Positions 40,253 to 50,067 of a DNA stretch of 64,000 bases are shown here, piece by piece. How positions within the stretch are numbered: position 1 is the first letter of the stretch; every line of letters starts with the position of its first letter. The notes under the pieces are model-generated. The model ran no database searches. It saw nothing but the letters and a program-made list of their open reading frames with translations, and was not told the DNA's origin. The position numbers and the translations under genes were made by a program. The stretch is taken from NCBI GenBank assembly GCA_021163425.1, contig JAGGWS010000072.1, forward strand, positions 6,582-70,581, in the 5' to 3' direction. The stretch comes from Candidatus Omnitrophota bacterium (GTDB lineage: Bacteria > Omnitrophota > Gorgyraeia > Duberdicusellales > Duberdicusellaceae).

Positions 40253-40681
40253 ATGGAGATTACTGAAGTTAAGATTTCTCTTCGTGAGGGGGCTAACAAA
40301 AAGCTTAAAGCCTATGCTACGGTTACCTTTGATGATTGTTTTGTGGTGAGAAACATCAAGGTAATTGAAGGAAGTTCAGGACTTTTTGTAGCTATGCCTG
40401 CTCGAAAAATGAGACAGTTTTGCCCTCGCTGTGGTAAGAGGATTGAGCTTAGGTCTAAGTTCTGCAGTCAGTGTGGAGCACAGCTTCCTCCCCCTCCCCG
40501 GGATCTGCAACAAGAAAAAGCTTCTCAGATTCATCAGGATATTGCTCACCCTATTAATCAGCAGTTTAGGGATTATCTTCAGAAGAAAGTTTTAGATGCT
40601 TACCAGGAGGAGAAGAATAAAGTTCAACAGGCAAAAGGAGTAAATTCAGGCTCTACTTTTACGGGCGAAACATCTTTTTGA
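40253..40681 (+). CDS. spoVG: SpoVG family protein with zinc-ribbon insertion
   Basis: MEITEV, FDDCFVV, GLFVAMP, DIAHPIN; CPRC...CSQC insert. Confidence 0.93.
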   Translation: MEITEVKISLREGANKKLKAYATVTFDDCFVVRNIKVIEGSSGLFVAMPARKMRQFCPRCGKRIELRSKFCSQCGAQLPPPPRDLQQEKASQIHQDIAHPINQQFRDYLQKKVLDAYQEEKNKVQQAKGVNSGSTFTGETSF

Positions 40682-40691
40682 ATTTTCCCGC

Positions 40692-40820
40692 TGATATCCT
40701 AAATCCAGCTTTATTTTTGGTGCCGGATTAAAAGTCTTAGGCTAGCAGAATTTACCCTGACTGAGGCAATTTTTGGTTCTAACAAGAGTAGGGTAGTTAT
40801 TCTGGTTGGTGAGGATATTA
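40692..40820 (+). ncRNA. Candidate structured RNA, family unknown
   Basis: 9-bp closing stem TGATATCCT/AGGATATTA, AATCC/GGATT arm, long arm AGAAT/ATTCT + TACCCT/AGGGTA. Confidence 0.35.
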
Positions 40821-40821
40821 T

Positions 40822-40893
40822 TGCCCGGTGGTGTAACTGGTAACACACCAGAATTTGGATCTGGTTTTTGAGGTTCGAATCCTCACCGGGCAG
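40822..40893 (+). tRNA. tRNA-Gln(TTG), CCA not encoded
   Basis: Acceptor TGCCCGG/CCGGGCA; anticodon arm CCAGA-ATTTGGA-TCTGG; T-loop TTCGAAT. Confidence 0.95.
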
Positions 40894-40927
40894 AGACTTA
40901 AGTTTGAAGAAAAGTTGAAGGTGAAAT

Positions 40928-42202
40928 GTGAGTAAAAGTTTTAAGCTTATAACTGGCGTGGTATTGGCTGCGGGAAAAGGAGTGAGAATGAATTCTCAGC
41001 TTCCCAAGGTTCTTCATAAACTTTGTGGATTGCCTCTTATATACTATCCTTTATCTTTACTTTCTTCACTCCATCTGAAGAATATTGTTGTAGTTCTAGG
41101 CCATAGGAAAGAAGAAGTGAAGGAAGAAATAGCTAAGGAGTTTAAAGGAGTTAATTTTGCCTACCAGCGAGTTTTAAATGGGAGTGCTAAGGCTTTAGAG
41201 TCTGCTTTAAGGTATGTAGATACTCCCTACCTTTTAGTTATGTGTGCAGACTCTTCTTTTTTAGATAAGAAGGTTTTTCAAAAGGCTATCTCTTTCCATA
41301 TTTCTGAGAGAAATGTCTGTACGGTCTTGAGTAGAGAGAGTCCTTCTCCTTCTTCTCTGGGAAGAATTGTAAGAGATTCTCGGGATGAAATTCTGGAAAT
41401 TAGAGAAGAAGTAGATTTAGACCGCAAAAATACCCTTTCTTTAAAGGAGGTAAATACCGGTATCTATATATTTAATCGGGAAGAGCTCTCCAAAGAGATA
41501 AAAAAGATTAACCCCCATCCTAAGAAGAAAGAGTACTTTCTTACTGATATTATAGGGATTTTCCGAAAGAAAAACTATAAAGTTAAAGCCTTTAAGGCTG
41601 GAGAAAGAGAAGCTTTCTATTCAGTAAACAGCCTTAAAGACCTTATTGAAGCAGAAAAAGTTGTTCGGACCTATCTCATTGAGGCTCTTATAGATAAAGG
41701 AGTAAGAATCTTAGACCCTCAGACTACTTTTTTAGGTCCTAAGACTTTTATAGGGAAAAATTCGATAATTTATCCCTTTACCTTTTTAGAAAATAATGTT
41801 AAAATTGGAAATTCTTGTGGAGTGGGTCCTTTTGTCCACTTAAGAGAAGGCACAGTTATAGGAGATAATTCCTATATAGGTAATTTTGCTGAGTTGGTAA
41901 GAACTAGACTTTCCTCAGGAGTGAAAATGAAGCACTTTGGTTATTTAGGAGATGCTGAAGTAGGGAGTAAAGTTAATATTGGCGCAGGGGTAGTAACTGC
42001 TAACTTTGATGGTAAAAAGAAAAATAAGACTAAGATTTCAAATTCAGCCTTTATTGGTTCAGATACAATAATCGTAGCCCCGGTTAAGATAGGGAAATCC
42101 GCTTTTACCGGTGCAGGCAGTGTGATAACTAAGGATGTAAGGGGTAAAACCTTAGTGGTAGGAGTGCCAGCTAAAAAAGTAAGAGAAGTAAAAAATGTTT
42201 AA
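40928..42202 (+). CDS. glmU: Bifunctional GlmU
   Basis: LAAGKG-x-RM, PKVLH, EVNTG, EYFLTD, hexapeptide repeats, HFGYLGD, NIGAG. Confidence 0.92.
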   Translation: MSKSFKLITGVVLAAGKGVRMNSQLPKVLHKLCGLPLIYYPLSLLSSLHLKNIVVVLGHRKEEVKEEIAKEFKGVNFAYQRVLNGSAKALESALRYVDTPYLLVMCADSSFLDKKVFQKAISFHISERNVCTVLSRESPSPSSLGRIVRDSRDEILEIREEVDLDRKNTLSLKEVNTGIYIFNREELSKEIKKINPHPKKKEYFLTDIIGIFRKKNYKVKAFKAGEREAFYSVNSLKDLIEAEKVVRTYLIEALIDKGVRILDPQTTFLGPKTFIGKNSIIYPFTFLENNVKIGNSCGVGPFVHLREGTVIGDNSYIGNFAELVRTRLSSGVKMKHFGYLGDAEVGSKVNIGAGVVTANFDGKKKNKTKISNSAFIGSDTIIVAPVKIGKSAFTGAGSVITKDVRGKTLVVGVPAKKVREVKNV

Positions 42203-43139
42203 CAGGATTTCTATATTCACCGGGAACGCTCATCCTAAATTAGCTAAGGATATAGCTAAATATTTAGGAGGAAAGGTTTCTCCTGCTTTAGTTTCCCGGT
42301 TTAGTGACGGAGAGGTAAGAGTAAAGATTGAGGAAAATGTCCGGGGTAAGGATGTTTTTGTAGTCCAGCCTACTTCTCCTCCAGTAAATGAGAACTTAAT
42401 GGAGCTTTTAATTATGATTGATGCTTTAAAAAGAGCTTCAGCCCGAAGGATTACTGCAGTTATTCCTTATTTTGGCTATGCCCGTCAGGATAGGAAGGAC
42501 CAACCCCGAGTTCCTATTACTGCTAAATTAGTGGCTAATCTCTTAACTGTAGCTGGGGCTGACCGAGTTCTTACCTTAGATTTACATGCCGGCCAAATTC
42601 AGGGATTTTTTGATATACCTTTAGACCACCTTTACGCTATTAATGTTTTTGTGGAGTATTTTTCTAAGAAGAAGTTAAAGAATAATTTGGTAATAGTCTC
42701 TCCGGATGTAGGAGGGATAAAAATGGCTCGAGCTTATGCTAAGAGGTTATCTGCAGGTTTAGCTATTGTAGACAAGAGAAGAAACAGTCCTGATTCTACT
42801 TCAGCTATCCACATCTTAGGAGAAGTAGAAGGGAAAAACTGTGTCTTAGTAGATGATATAATAGCTACGGGAAGTTCTTTAATTGAGGCTGCGAAGGCTC
42901 TAAAAAGGTCTGGAAGTAAAGATATTTATGCTGCGGTTACTCACGGAATTTTATCTAAAGATGCAGTTAAAAGAATAGAGAATTCAGATATTAGGCAACT
43001 GGTTATTACTGATAGCGTACCTCTTCCTCCAGAAAAGAAAAGTCCTAAGATTAAAGTGGTAAGTGTTGCTTCCTTGTTAGGAGAAGCTATTAAGAGGATT
43101 CACGAAGAGAGATCGATAAGTATTCTTTTCGAATTTTAG
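42195..43139 (+). CDS. prs: Ribose-phosphate pyrophosphokinase
   Basis: FSDGE, PYFGYARQDRK, DLHAGQIQGFF, VDDIIATG. Confidence 0.98.
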   Translation: MFNRISIFTGNAHPKLAKDIAKYLGGKVSPALVSRFSDGEVRVKIEENVRGKDVFVVQPTSPPVNENLMELLIMIDALKRASARRITAVIPYFGYARQDRKDQPRVPITAKLVANLLTVAGADRVLTLDLHAGQIQGFFDIPLDHLYAINVFVEYFSKKKLKNNLVIVSPDVGGIKMARAYAKRLSAGLAIVDKRRNSPDSTSAIHILGEVEGKNCVLVDDIIATGSSLIEAAKALKRSGSKDIYAAVTHGILSKDAVKRIENSDIRQLVITDSVPLPPEKKSPKIKVVSVASLLGEAIKRIHEERSISILFEF

Positions 43140-43149
43140 GAGTGAGAAT

Positions 43150-43815
43150 ATGGAGGAAATAAGAATAAAAGCTTCAGTGAGGAAAGAGGCAGGCACTTCC
43201 GAAGCTAAGAGATTAAGGAGGAGTAAATTTATTCCGGGAGTAGTCTACGGTAAAGATATAAATACCTTAATTAAGATAGAAAAGTCAGAACTTAAATACT
43301 TAAAAGCTCACCATTTTTCTGAAAATATCTTAATAAGCTTAGAGATTAAAAACGAGGAGAGTTTTCAGAATATTTCTGTTCTGTTAAAAGATTATCAACT
43401 CAATCCTTTAACTGAGGAGGTTATCCATTTGGATTTTATAAAAGTTTCTTTAGAGGAGAAGGTGGCAGTAGAAGTACCCTTGGAAATAAAGGGAAGCCCT
43501 AAGGGAGTTAAGGCTGGCGGAGTTTTAGAGAGGGTTCTCTGGAATTTAAAGGTAGAGTGTTTACCCAAAGATATTCCTGAGAGTATTGTTGTAGATGTTT
43601 CGGAATTAGATGTTGGCGATTCTATCCATGTAGGGGATTTAGTTTTACCTTTGGGAGTTATAGCCTTGACTGAACCTAAGGAGGTAGTGGTTACAGTTCT
43701 TATGCCGATGAAAGAAGAAGAGGCTGTTTCTGAAGAAGAAGTTGTAGAAGAGCCAGAGGTTATAAAAGAAAAGCCTAAAGAGGAAAAGGAGACTTCTAAG
43801 GAAGAGGAGAGTTGA
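43150..43815 (+). CDS. rplY: 50S ribosomal protein L25/Ctc
   Basis: IPGVVYG, HLDF, GVKAGG, acidic tail. Confidence 0.95.
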   Translation: MEEIRIKASVRKEAGTSEAKRLRRSKFIPGVVYGKDINTLIKIEKSELKYLKAHHFSENILISLEIKNEESFQNISVLLKDYQLNPLTEEVIHLDFIKVSLEEKVAVEVPLEIKGSPKGVKAGGVLERVLWNLKVECLPKDIPESIVVDVSELDVGDSIHVGDLVLPLGVIALTEPKEVVVTVLMPMKEEEAVSEEEVVEEPEVIKEKPKEEKETSKEEES

Positions 43816-44357
43816 GGCTGGTTATAGGCTTAGGTAATCCCGGTTTAAAATTTAAAGAAAGTCGTCATAATTTAGGATTTATGGTTGTAGAAGAATTAGC
43901 CAGAAAGATTAAAGTTTCTTTTAAAAGAAATATTTATTGTAAAGCTTATATATCTCTTAATAAAGAGGTAATTTTAGCTAAACCCTATACGTTTATGAAT
44001 CTTTCGGGGTTTTCAGTGAGAAGATTAAAGGAAAAGTTTGATGTTAGTCTCAGAGATATTTTAGTAATCTGCGATGACCTTAATTTACCTTTGGGTAAAC
44101 TCAGATTGAAACCCCGGGGAAGTAGCGGAGGTCACAAAGGTCTTTCTTCAATTATTCAAGCTTTAGAGAGCGAGGATTTTCCCCGTTTAAGAATAGGTAT
44201 AGGCAGGCCTTTAGAAGAAGATTTTAGTTCTTTTGTTTTATCTAAATTTTCTCAAGAAGAATTATCAATAGTAAAGGAAGCTATTTCTAAAGCTGTAAGT
44301 TGTGTCCAGGAGTGGATTTATCAAGATTTTCAAGGATTAATGGCTAAATATAATTAG
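43812..44357 (+). CDS. pth: Peptidyl-tRNA hydrolase
   Basis: GLGNPG, RHNLGF, FMNLSG, GGHKG, RLRIGIG. Confidence 0.96.
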   Translation: MRLVIGLGNPGLKFKESRHNLGFMVVEELARKIKVSFKRNIYCKAYISLNKEVILAKPYTFMNLSGFSVRRLKEKFDVSLRDILVICDDLNLPLGKLRLKPRGSSGGHKGLSSIIQALESEDFPRLRIGIGRPLEEDFSSFVLSKFSQEELSIVKEAISKAVSCVQEWIYQDFQGLMAKYN

Positions 44358-44367
44358 GTTAGAAGAA

Positions 44368-44682
44368 ATGAGAAGTTATGAATTAGTTCTTATATTAAGG
44401 CCAGACTTAGACAAAAATTCTTACGAGGAATTAAGAGAAAAAGTTTCTTCTTTACTTTCTAAAGAAGAAGGTAAACTCTCTTCTTGGCAGATTTGGAAAG
44501 AAAAACAGAAGTTTTCTTATCCTTTGAGATTGAGGGGAGCAGAGAAGAAGAAATTCACTGAGGGGACTTACATCCTTTGTAGTTTTTTACTTTCTCCTTC
44601 TAAGATGAGAAGTTTAAAATATACCTTAGATTTAGAGGAGAGAATCATAAGATATTTAATAGTAAATAAAGAAGCAAAGTAA
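44368..44682 (+). CDS. rpsF: 30S ribosomal protein S6
   Basis: MRSYELVLILRPD, YP, IIRYLIV; rpsF-ssb-rpsR order. Confidence 0.9.
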   Translation: MRSYELVLILRPDLDKNSYEELREKVSSLLSKEEGKLSSWQIWKEKQKFSYPLRLRGAEKKKFTEGTYILCSFLLSPSKMRSLKYTLDLEERIIRYLIVNKEAK

Positions 44683-44691
44683 GGAGGGATT

Positions 44692-45126
44692 ATGGCTAAT
44701 TTAAATAAAGTATTCCTGATCGGTAATTTGACTAAAGACCCTGAGCTTCGCTATACTCCTCAGGGCAGTCCTGTAACCACTTTAAGGATTGCAGTAAACA
44801 GGAATTTTCGGACTAAGGGTGGAGAGAATAAAAGAGAGACTTGTTTTGTAAATATCATCAGTTGGGGCAATTTAGCTGAGATTTGCAACCAGTATCTTCA
44901 AAAAGGTAAAGCTGTTTTTGTAGAAGGTAGACTTCAATCTCGAAACTGGCAGGATTCTCAGGGCAAGAGCCGTTCAGTAATAGAGGTAAGGGCCGAAAGA
45001 GTTCAGTTTTTAGGTCCTAAGACTGAGCCGGGAGTAGAAGTAGATTTAGGGTCTGAGCCAGATTTAGAACTAGGAGAACCAGAACCAGAGAGTTCTCAAG
45101 CAGAGGATTCTCAGCTAGGAGCTTAA
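44692..45126 (+). CDS. ssb: Single-stranded DNA-binding protein
   Basis: [25 protein letters not shown]. Confidence 0.96.
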   Translation: MANLNKVFLIGNLTKDPELRYTPQGSPVTTLRIAVNRNFRTKGGENKRETCFVNIISWGNLAEICNQYLQKGKAVFVEGRLQSRNWQDSQGKSRSVIEVRAERVQFLGPKTEPGVEVDLGSEPDLELGEPEPESSQAEDSQLGA

Positions 45127-45127
45127 T

Positions 45128-45361
45128 ATGGCAGTGAAAAGACAAAGAAAAACAATAAGATTTAAAAAGAAATGTATATTCTGTAAAGATAAAACTCCCA
45201 TAGACTACAAAGACATAGACCTCCTCTCTAAGTTTATAAATGTAAAGGGGAAGATTACTTCCCGGAGAGTGAATGGAAACTGCGCTAAGCATCAGAGGAA
45301 ATTGGCTAAAGCTATAAAGAGAGCAAGGTTTTTGGCGCTTCTACCTTATTTAGCAAGATGA
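45128..45361 (+). CDS. rpsR: 30S ribosomal protein S18 (zinc-binding type)
   Basis: CIFC, DYKD, CAKHQR, AIKRAR. Confidence 0.96.
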   Translation: MAVKRQRKTIRFKKKCIFCKDKTPIDYKDIDLLSKFINVKGKITSRRVNGNCAKHQRKLAKAIKRARFLALLPYLAR

Positions 45362-45801
45362 AAATAATCCTTTTAGAAGATATAAAAAAATTAGGCTCAA
45401 GAGGAGAGGTTGTAGAGGTAAAAGATGGATTTGCCCGTAATTATCTTCTTCCCCAGGCTAAAGCCTTAGAAGCCACTTCCGAAAATATCCTTATTTTCCA
45501 GAAAAAGAAGGAGAAAGAAGAAAGAAGGAAAGAAAAACAAAGACAGGAAGCTTTAGAATTTGCTGAGGTACTTTCTAAAATTTCTTTAACTGTGGCTTGT
45601 CCGGCTAAGGAGAATGAGGAGCTTTTCGGTTCAGTTACCCCTCAGATGATAGCTTCTGCCTTAAAAGAAGAAGGTTACGAAATTGACAAGGATAAGGTTA
45701 AAGTAGAGGAACCTATCAAGAGATTAGGTATATATAAGGTGAAGATAGAAGTCCATCCTGAAGTTATGGCTGAGGTTAAATTGTGGGTAGTGAAGAAGTA
45801 G
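45358..45801 (+). CDS. rplI: 50S ribosomal protein L9
   Basis: [18 protein letters not shown]. Confidence 0.96.
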   Translation: MKIILLEDIKKLGSRGEVVEVKDGFARNYLLPQAKALEATSENILIFQKKKEKEERRKEKQRQEALEFAEVLSKISLTVACPAKENEELFGSVTPQMIASALKEEGYEIDKDKVKVEEPIKRLGIYKVKIEVHPEVMAEVKLWVVKK

Positions 45802-45808
45802 GTAAGTT

Positions 45809-47176
45809 ATGCCAGTTCCTGATGTAACCTCAGATAAACTCCCTCCTCAGAACATAGAGGCTGAGCAAGCAGTCTTAGGAGCTATGCTTATAAATGAGAA
45901 GATTATCCCTGAAATTTTAGAGATTATTGATGAGGCTTATTTTTATAAGGAAGCTCATCGTCAGATTTTTTCAGTGATTGTAGAGTTATTCCATAATAGA
46001 AAGAACGTTGATATAGTTACTGTGGCTGAGGTATTGAAGAGAAGGAAAAAATTAGAGGAAGTAGGCGGAGTAGTCTACCTTACTAATCTGGTGGATAATG
46101 TTCCGGTTGCTTCTAATGCAGTAAGCTATGCTAAAATTGTTAAAGAGAAAGGAATTTTACGGGCTTTAATAAATTCATCTTTTCAGATTCTTTCTTTGTG
46201 TTATGAAGCTAAAGAAGACGCTTCTTCTATATTGGATAAGTCGGAGAGGTTAATATTTGAGATAAGTGACAGGCGAATAGAAGGAGGCTATGTTCACATA
46301 AAAGAGATTATTAAGAGTAGTATTGAGTTAATAGACACTCTTTATCAGAAGAAGACACACATTACCGGTTTACCTACAGGATTTAAAGAATTTGATATTA
46401 AGACTTCGGGTCTTCATCCCGGAGACTTAATAGTTATTGCCGGAAGACCTTCTATGGGTAAGAGTGCTTTTGTCACTTGTTTGGCTGAATATATAGGTGT
46501 AGAGTGTAATGTTCCAGTAGGGTTTTTTAGCCTGGAGATGTCCAAAGAACAATTAGTTCAAAGATTTCTCTGTTCTTATGCTAAGGTAGATGCGCATAAA
46601 TTAAGAACTGGTTTTCTCTCTCCTTCGGATTGGCCCCTTCTTACTTCAGCTGCAGGCAGGTTATCGGAAGCTCCTTTATTTATTGATGATACTCCGGCTA
46701 TAAATATTTTTGAACTGAGAGCAAAAGCCAGGAGGATGCGTTCCCACCATAACATCCAGTTAGTTATAGTAGATTACCTTCAACTTATAAGAGGAAGTGG
46801 GAAGCCTGAAAGTAGACAGCAGGAAATTTCAGAAGTTTCCCAGGCTCTTAAAGCTTTAGCTAAAGAGTTAGATGTCCCGGTAGTAGCAGTAAGTCAGCTT
46901 TCCCGGGAAGTGGAAAAGCGTGAAGACCATAGACCTCGACTTTCTGACTTGAGGGAATCAGGGGCTATTGAACAGGATGCAGATTTAGTAGCCTTACTTT
47001 ATAGAGATGATTACTATGATCCTGATAGTGAGAAGAAAGGCATAGCTGAAGTAAACATAGCCAAGCAAAGAAATGGTCCTACAGGAGTAATTGAATTAGG
47101 TTTTGTAAGAGAATATATGAAATTTGTAAATTTAGATTTTGTCCACACTGAAGAAGAATTGGGAGAGGAAGGATAA
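45809..47176 (+). CDS. dnaB: Replicative DNA helicase
   Basis: PPQNIEAEQ, GRPSMGKS, VDYLQL, SDLRESGAIEQDAD, KQRNGP; no intein. Confidence 0.98.
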   Translation: MPVPDVTSDKLPPQNIEAEQAVLGAMLINEKIIPEILEIIDEAYFYKEAHRQIFSVIVELFHNRKNVDIVTVAEVLKRRKKLEEVGGVVYLTNLVDNVPVASNAVSYAKIVKEKGILRALINSSFQILSLCYEAKEDASSILDKSERLIFEISDRRIEGGYVHIKEIIKSSIELIDTLYQKKTHITGLPTGFKEFDIKTSGLHPGDLIVIAGRPSMGKSAFVTCLAEYIGVECNVPVGFFSLEMSKEQLVQRFLCSYAKVDAHKLRTGFLSPSDWPLLTSAAGRLSEAPLFIDDTPAINIFELRAKARRMRSHHNIQLVIVDYLQLIRGSGKPESRQQEISEVSQALKALAKELDVPVVAVSQLSREVEKREDHRPRLSDLRESGAIEQDADLVALLYRDDYYDPDSEKKGIAEVNIAKQRNGPTGVIELGFVREYMKFVNLDFVHTEEELGEEG

Positions 47177-47184
47177 AAGCTTGA

Positions 47185-47212
47185 TTGACTTTCTTAAAGG
47201 AATTGGTATAAT
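47185..47212 (+). promoter_or_regulatory. Putative promoter for the bamA-lpx operon
   Basis: TTGACT, 16 nt, TATAAT with extended -10 TG. Confidence 0.6.
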
Positions 47213-47225
47213 AACTTAACCTAAA

Positions 47226-49544
47226 ATGGATAGAGGAAAAGAGACTATTAGTTTAAAAGCTATCTTCTATTTTTTAATTTTTTTTTATCTTCCTCTTCTG
47301 GTTTTTCCTCAGGATAATTCTAAAATAGTCTCCGCTATAGAAATTAGAGGTAATAAAGCTATAAGTAAGGATAAAATAGTTACTCAGATAAAGACTCGAA
47401 TTGGACAAGTTTATAATGAACACATAGTAAATGAGGATATAAAGAGGATATTTTCTTTAGGTTATTTTGAAGATATTTCTACTGAGATTGAGGAAGAGGA
47501 GGGAAAAGTAAAACTCATCTTTATAGTAGAGGAGAAACCTATTCTTAAAAGAATAGAGATAAAGGGAGCAAGAGTTATAAAGTCTCTTCATTTACTTAAG
47601 GAAATTAAAGAGGTTGGTTTGAAAGAAGGTTCTTTTTTAGATGAGATTAAGATTAAGGAAGCTGAGCAGAGAATTTTAGATTTATATATTAAGAAAGGGT
47701 TTTCTAAGACTAAAGTTGAGCATAGAATTTCTAAAAATACCTTGGAGAATACAGCTGACTTAATTTTTCAGATTAAAGAGAGCAGGCGTTTGAGGGTAAA
47801 GAGAATTTTTATAACAGGCAACTTAAGTTTTCCTGATAAGAGAATTATTAAACTTATGAAGACAAGGCCTTCTTGGCTTTTTCGAGCAGGTTTTTTCAAA
47901 GAGAAGACTTTTCAGGATGATTTAGAAAGGATAGAAGCTTTTTATAGGAGAGAAGGGTATGAGGATATAGAAGTAACTCCCCAGATAGAAACAGATGAGA
48001 GAAGAGGGTTGGTTTATATTACTTTAAATATAAATGAAGGGAAAAGGTATTTGATAGGAGAGGTTAGGTTAGAAGGAACGAAAGAGGTTTCTTCTCAAGA
48101 AGTAAGAAAGGCTCTAACTATAAATACTGGCGATATCTATAGTGAAGAAAAGGTTCAAGAACAGGTAGCAAAAATTCAAGAAGTCTATTTTAACAAAGGT
48201 TATATTTTTTCTCAAGTAAAACCCGTATCTTTCGTTAATCCTGAGACTAATTTTGTGGATATAACCTTTAAGATAACTGAAAATTCTTTGGTCTATGTGA
48301 GAATGGTGGAGGTTACGGGAAATACTAAGACTAAAGATAAGGTCATAAGAAGAGAGCTCCGGATTAAACCGGGAGAAAAATTTGATGGAGATAAACTCAA
48401 ACGTTCTAAGCAAAATTTAGAAAATTTGGGTTTTTTTGAAGAGATTAAATTTGATGTAAAACCTACACCTCAGCCCAATTATCAAGATTTGGTGGTAGAA
48501 GTCAAAGAAGCTAAAACTGGAAGTTTTAGTTTTGGTGGAGGTTATAGCTCTGTGGATGAGTTTATTGGCTTTTTGGAATTAAGGCAGAGGAATTTTGACC
48601 TTTTTAACTTTCCTTACTTTACGGGAGCTGGGCAAGATCTAACTCTCTATCTTCAAACCGGAACTACTACTGAAGAATATCTTCTAAGTTTTACTGAACC
48701 CTGGTTGTTTGATAGGCCTATTTCTTTGGGTATTGATGCTTATCGACGAGAACACCAGAGAGAGAGTGATGTAGGTTATGGTTATAATGAAAAGAGAAAA
48801 GGAGGAAGACTTAGGTTTGAAAAGCGTTTTACTGATACTTTTCGAGCAGGGGTAAGTTATAACTTTGAGACTATTACTATTTCTGACATTTCCCCTGATG
48901 CTAGTTCTGAGCTCTTTAAAGAGGAAGGAGAAAACGATATAAGTAAATTAGGTTTTTCTTTAATCTGGGATAAAAGAAACAATGTTTTTTCTCCCAGTAG
49001 AGGTTTTGTTTTTTCTAATTCTTTAGAGATAGCCGGAGGAGCTTTTGGAGGAGATAAGGATTTTTTTAAGTTTTATTCTAGTTTTAGTAAATACTTTCCT
49101 TTATTTAGGAGTTCAGTATTAGAGTGTAGATTGAGAGCAGGTTTAGCTAAGGAATACGGAGATTCTCAAGAAGTGCCTATCTATGAAAGATTCTTTGCTG
49201 GTGGAGCTTCTACTATTCGGGGTTATCAGGAAAGGAAAGTTGGTCCTATTGATCCGGTGAGTGAAGACCCGATAGGAGGAGAATCCCTTTTTATAGCTAA
49301 CATAGAATATACTTATCCTTTAGGAGATTATTTTAAATTAGCGTGTTTCTTTGATACAGGAAGAGTTTGGAAGGATTATTCAGATTTTTTAAGTGGGGAT
49401 TTAATGTCTAGTGTAGGTATTGGGTTGAGAGTTAAAACTCCTTTGGGTCCAGTAAGTGTAGATTATGGTTATCCTTTAGATTTAGAACCCGGCGAAGATA
49501 AAAAAACAGGAAGGTTTCATTTTAATATAAGTAGGGGATTTTAA
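47226..49544 (+). CDS. bamA: Outer membrane protein assembly factor BamA
   Basis: POTRA repeats (GN-x2-T-x3-VIRRE), FFAGG-x3-IRGY, TPLGP, C-terminal Phe. Confidence 0.96.
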   Translation: MDRGKETISLKAIFYFLIFFYLPLLVFPQDNSKIVSAIEIRGNKAISKDKIVTQIKTRIGQVYNEHIVNEDIKRIFSLGYFEDISTEIEEEEGKVKLIFIVEEKPILKRIEIKGARVIKSLHLLKEIKEVGLKEGSFLDEIKIKEAEQRILDLYIKKGFSKTKVEHRISKNTLENTADLIFQIKESRRLRVKRIFITGNLSFPDKRIIKLMKTRPSWLFRAGFFKEKTFQDDLERIEAFYRREGYEDIEVTPQIETDERRGLVYITLNINEGKRYLIGEVRLEGTKEVSSQEVRKALTINTGDIYSEEKVQEQVAKIQEVYFNKGYIFSQVKPVSFVNPETNFVDITFKITENSLVYVRMVEVTGNTKTKDKVIRRELRIKPGEKFDGDKLKRSKQNLENLGFFEEIKFDVKPTPQPNYQDLVVEVKEAKTGSFSFGGGYSSVDEFIGFLELRQRNFDLFNFPYFTGAGQDLTLYLQTGTTTEEYLLSFTEPWLFDRPISLGIDAYRREHQRESDVGYGYNEKRKGGRLRFEKRFTDTFRAGVSYNFETITISDISPDASSELFKEEGENDISKLGFSLIWDKRNNVFSPSRGFVFSNSLEIAGGAFGGDKDFFKFYSSFSKYFPLFRSSVLECRLRAGLAKEYGDSQEVPIYERFFAGGASTIRGYQERKVGPIDPVSEDPIGGESLFIANIEYTYPLGDYFKLACFFDTGRVWKDYSDFLSGDLMSSVGIGLRVKTPLGPVSVDYGYPLDLEPGEDKKTGRFHFNISRGF

Positions 49545-49554
49545 AGAAAGGAGG

Positions 49555-50067
49555 ATGAAGGTGGACAGGTTATTAAGAGGAATTATAGTAATGCTAGTGA
49601 GTTTAGGATTTTTAGCTTCAAGCTTGGCCTATGCTGAAGATATAATCTGTGTAGATTTGTTTGAGATTTTTAGTAAATATAAAAAGACTGAAGATTATGA
49701 TAAACTCTTGGAAGAAAAACAAAATAAGAAAGAAGAAGAATTAGAAAAAGAGAAAAAAGAACTGGATAAACTCAAAGAGCAACTTAAACTTATAAAAGAG
49801 AGCGAAAAGGAGGCTAAGAAGAAAGAAATAGAAAAGAAAACATCAGAGTTTAATGATTTAAGAAGAGAGGCACTTTTAGACTTAAAGAAAGAGAGAGATA
49901 CCAAGATGAAAGAGATACTTGAAGATATTCAGTCAGCTATTGAGAAATATGCTAAAAAAAATAAGGTTAAGATAGTATTAAAGAAAGCGGCAGTATCTTT
50001 CGTAGATAACAAGTTAGACAAGACTAAAGATATTATAAATATTATTAATAAGGAGTATAAAAAGTGA
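49555..50067 (+). CDS. skp: OmpH/Skp periplasmic chaperone
   Basis: Signal peptide, coiled coil; between bamA and lpxD. Confidence 0.85.
   Translation: MKVDRLLRGIIVMLVSLGFLASSLAYAEDIICVDLFEIFSKYKKTEDYDKLLEEKQNKKEEELEKEKKELDKLKEQLKLIKESEKEAKKKEIEKKTSEFNDLRREALLDLKKERDTKMKEILEDIQSAIEKYAKKNKVKIVLKKAAVSFVDNKLDKTKDIINIINKEYKK

Noticed and set aside
40692-40820. 5S rRNA, SRP RNA or 6S RNA
   Set aside because: Size and branching are 5S-like, but the conserved 5S CCGAAC loop and the SRP GGAA/AGCAG motif are absent, and it is too short and branched for a typical 6S.
41777-41805. Internal promoter in glmU (TTTACC-17-TAAAAT)
   Set aside because: Weak -35 in AT-rich coding sequence; not distinguishable from chance without TSS data.
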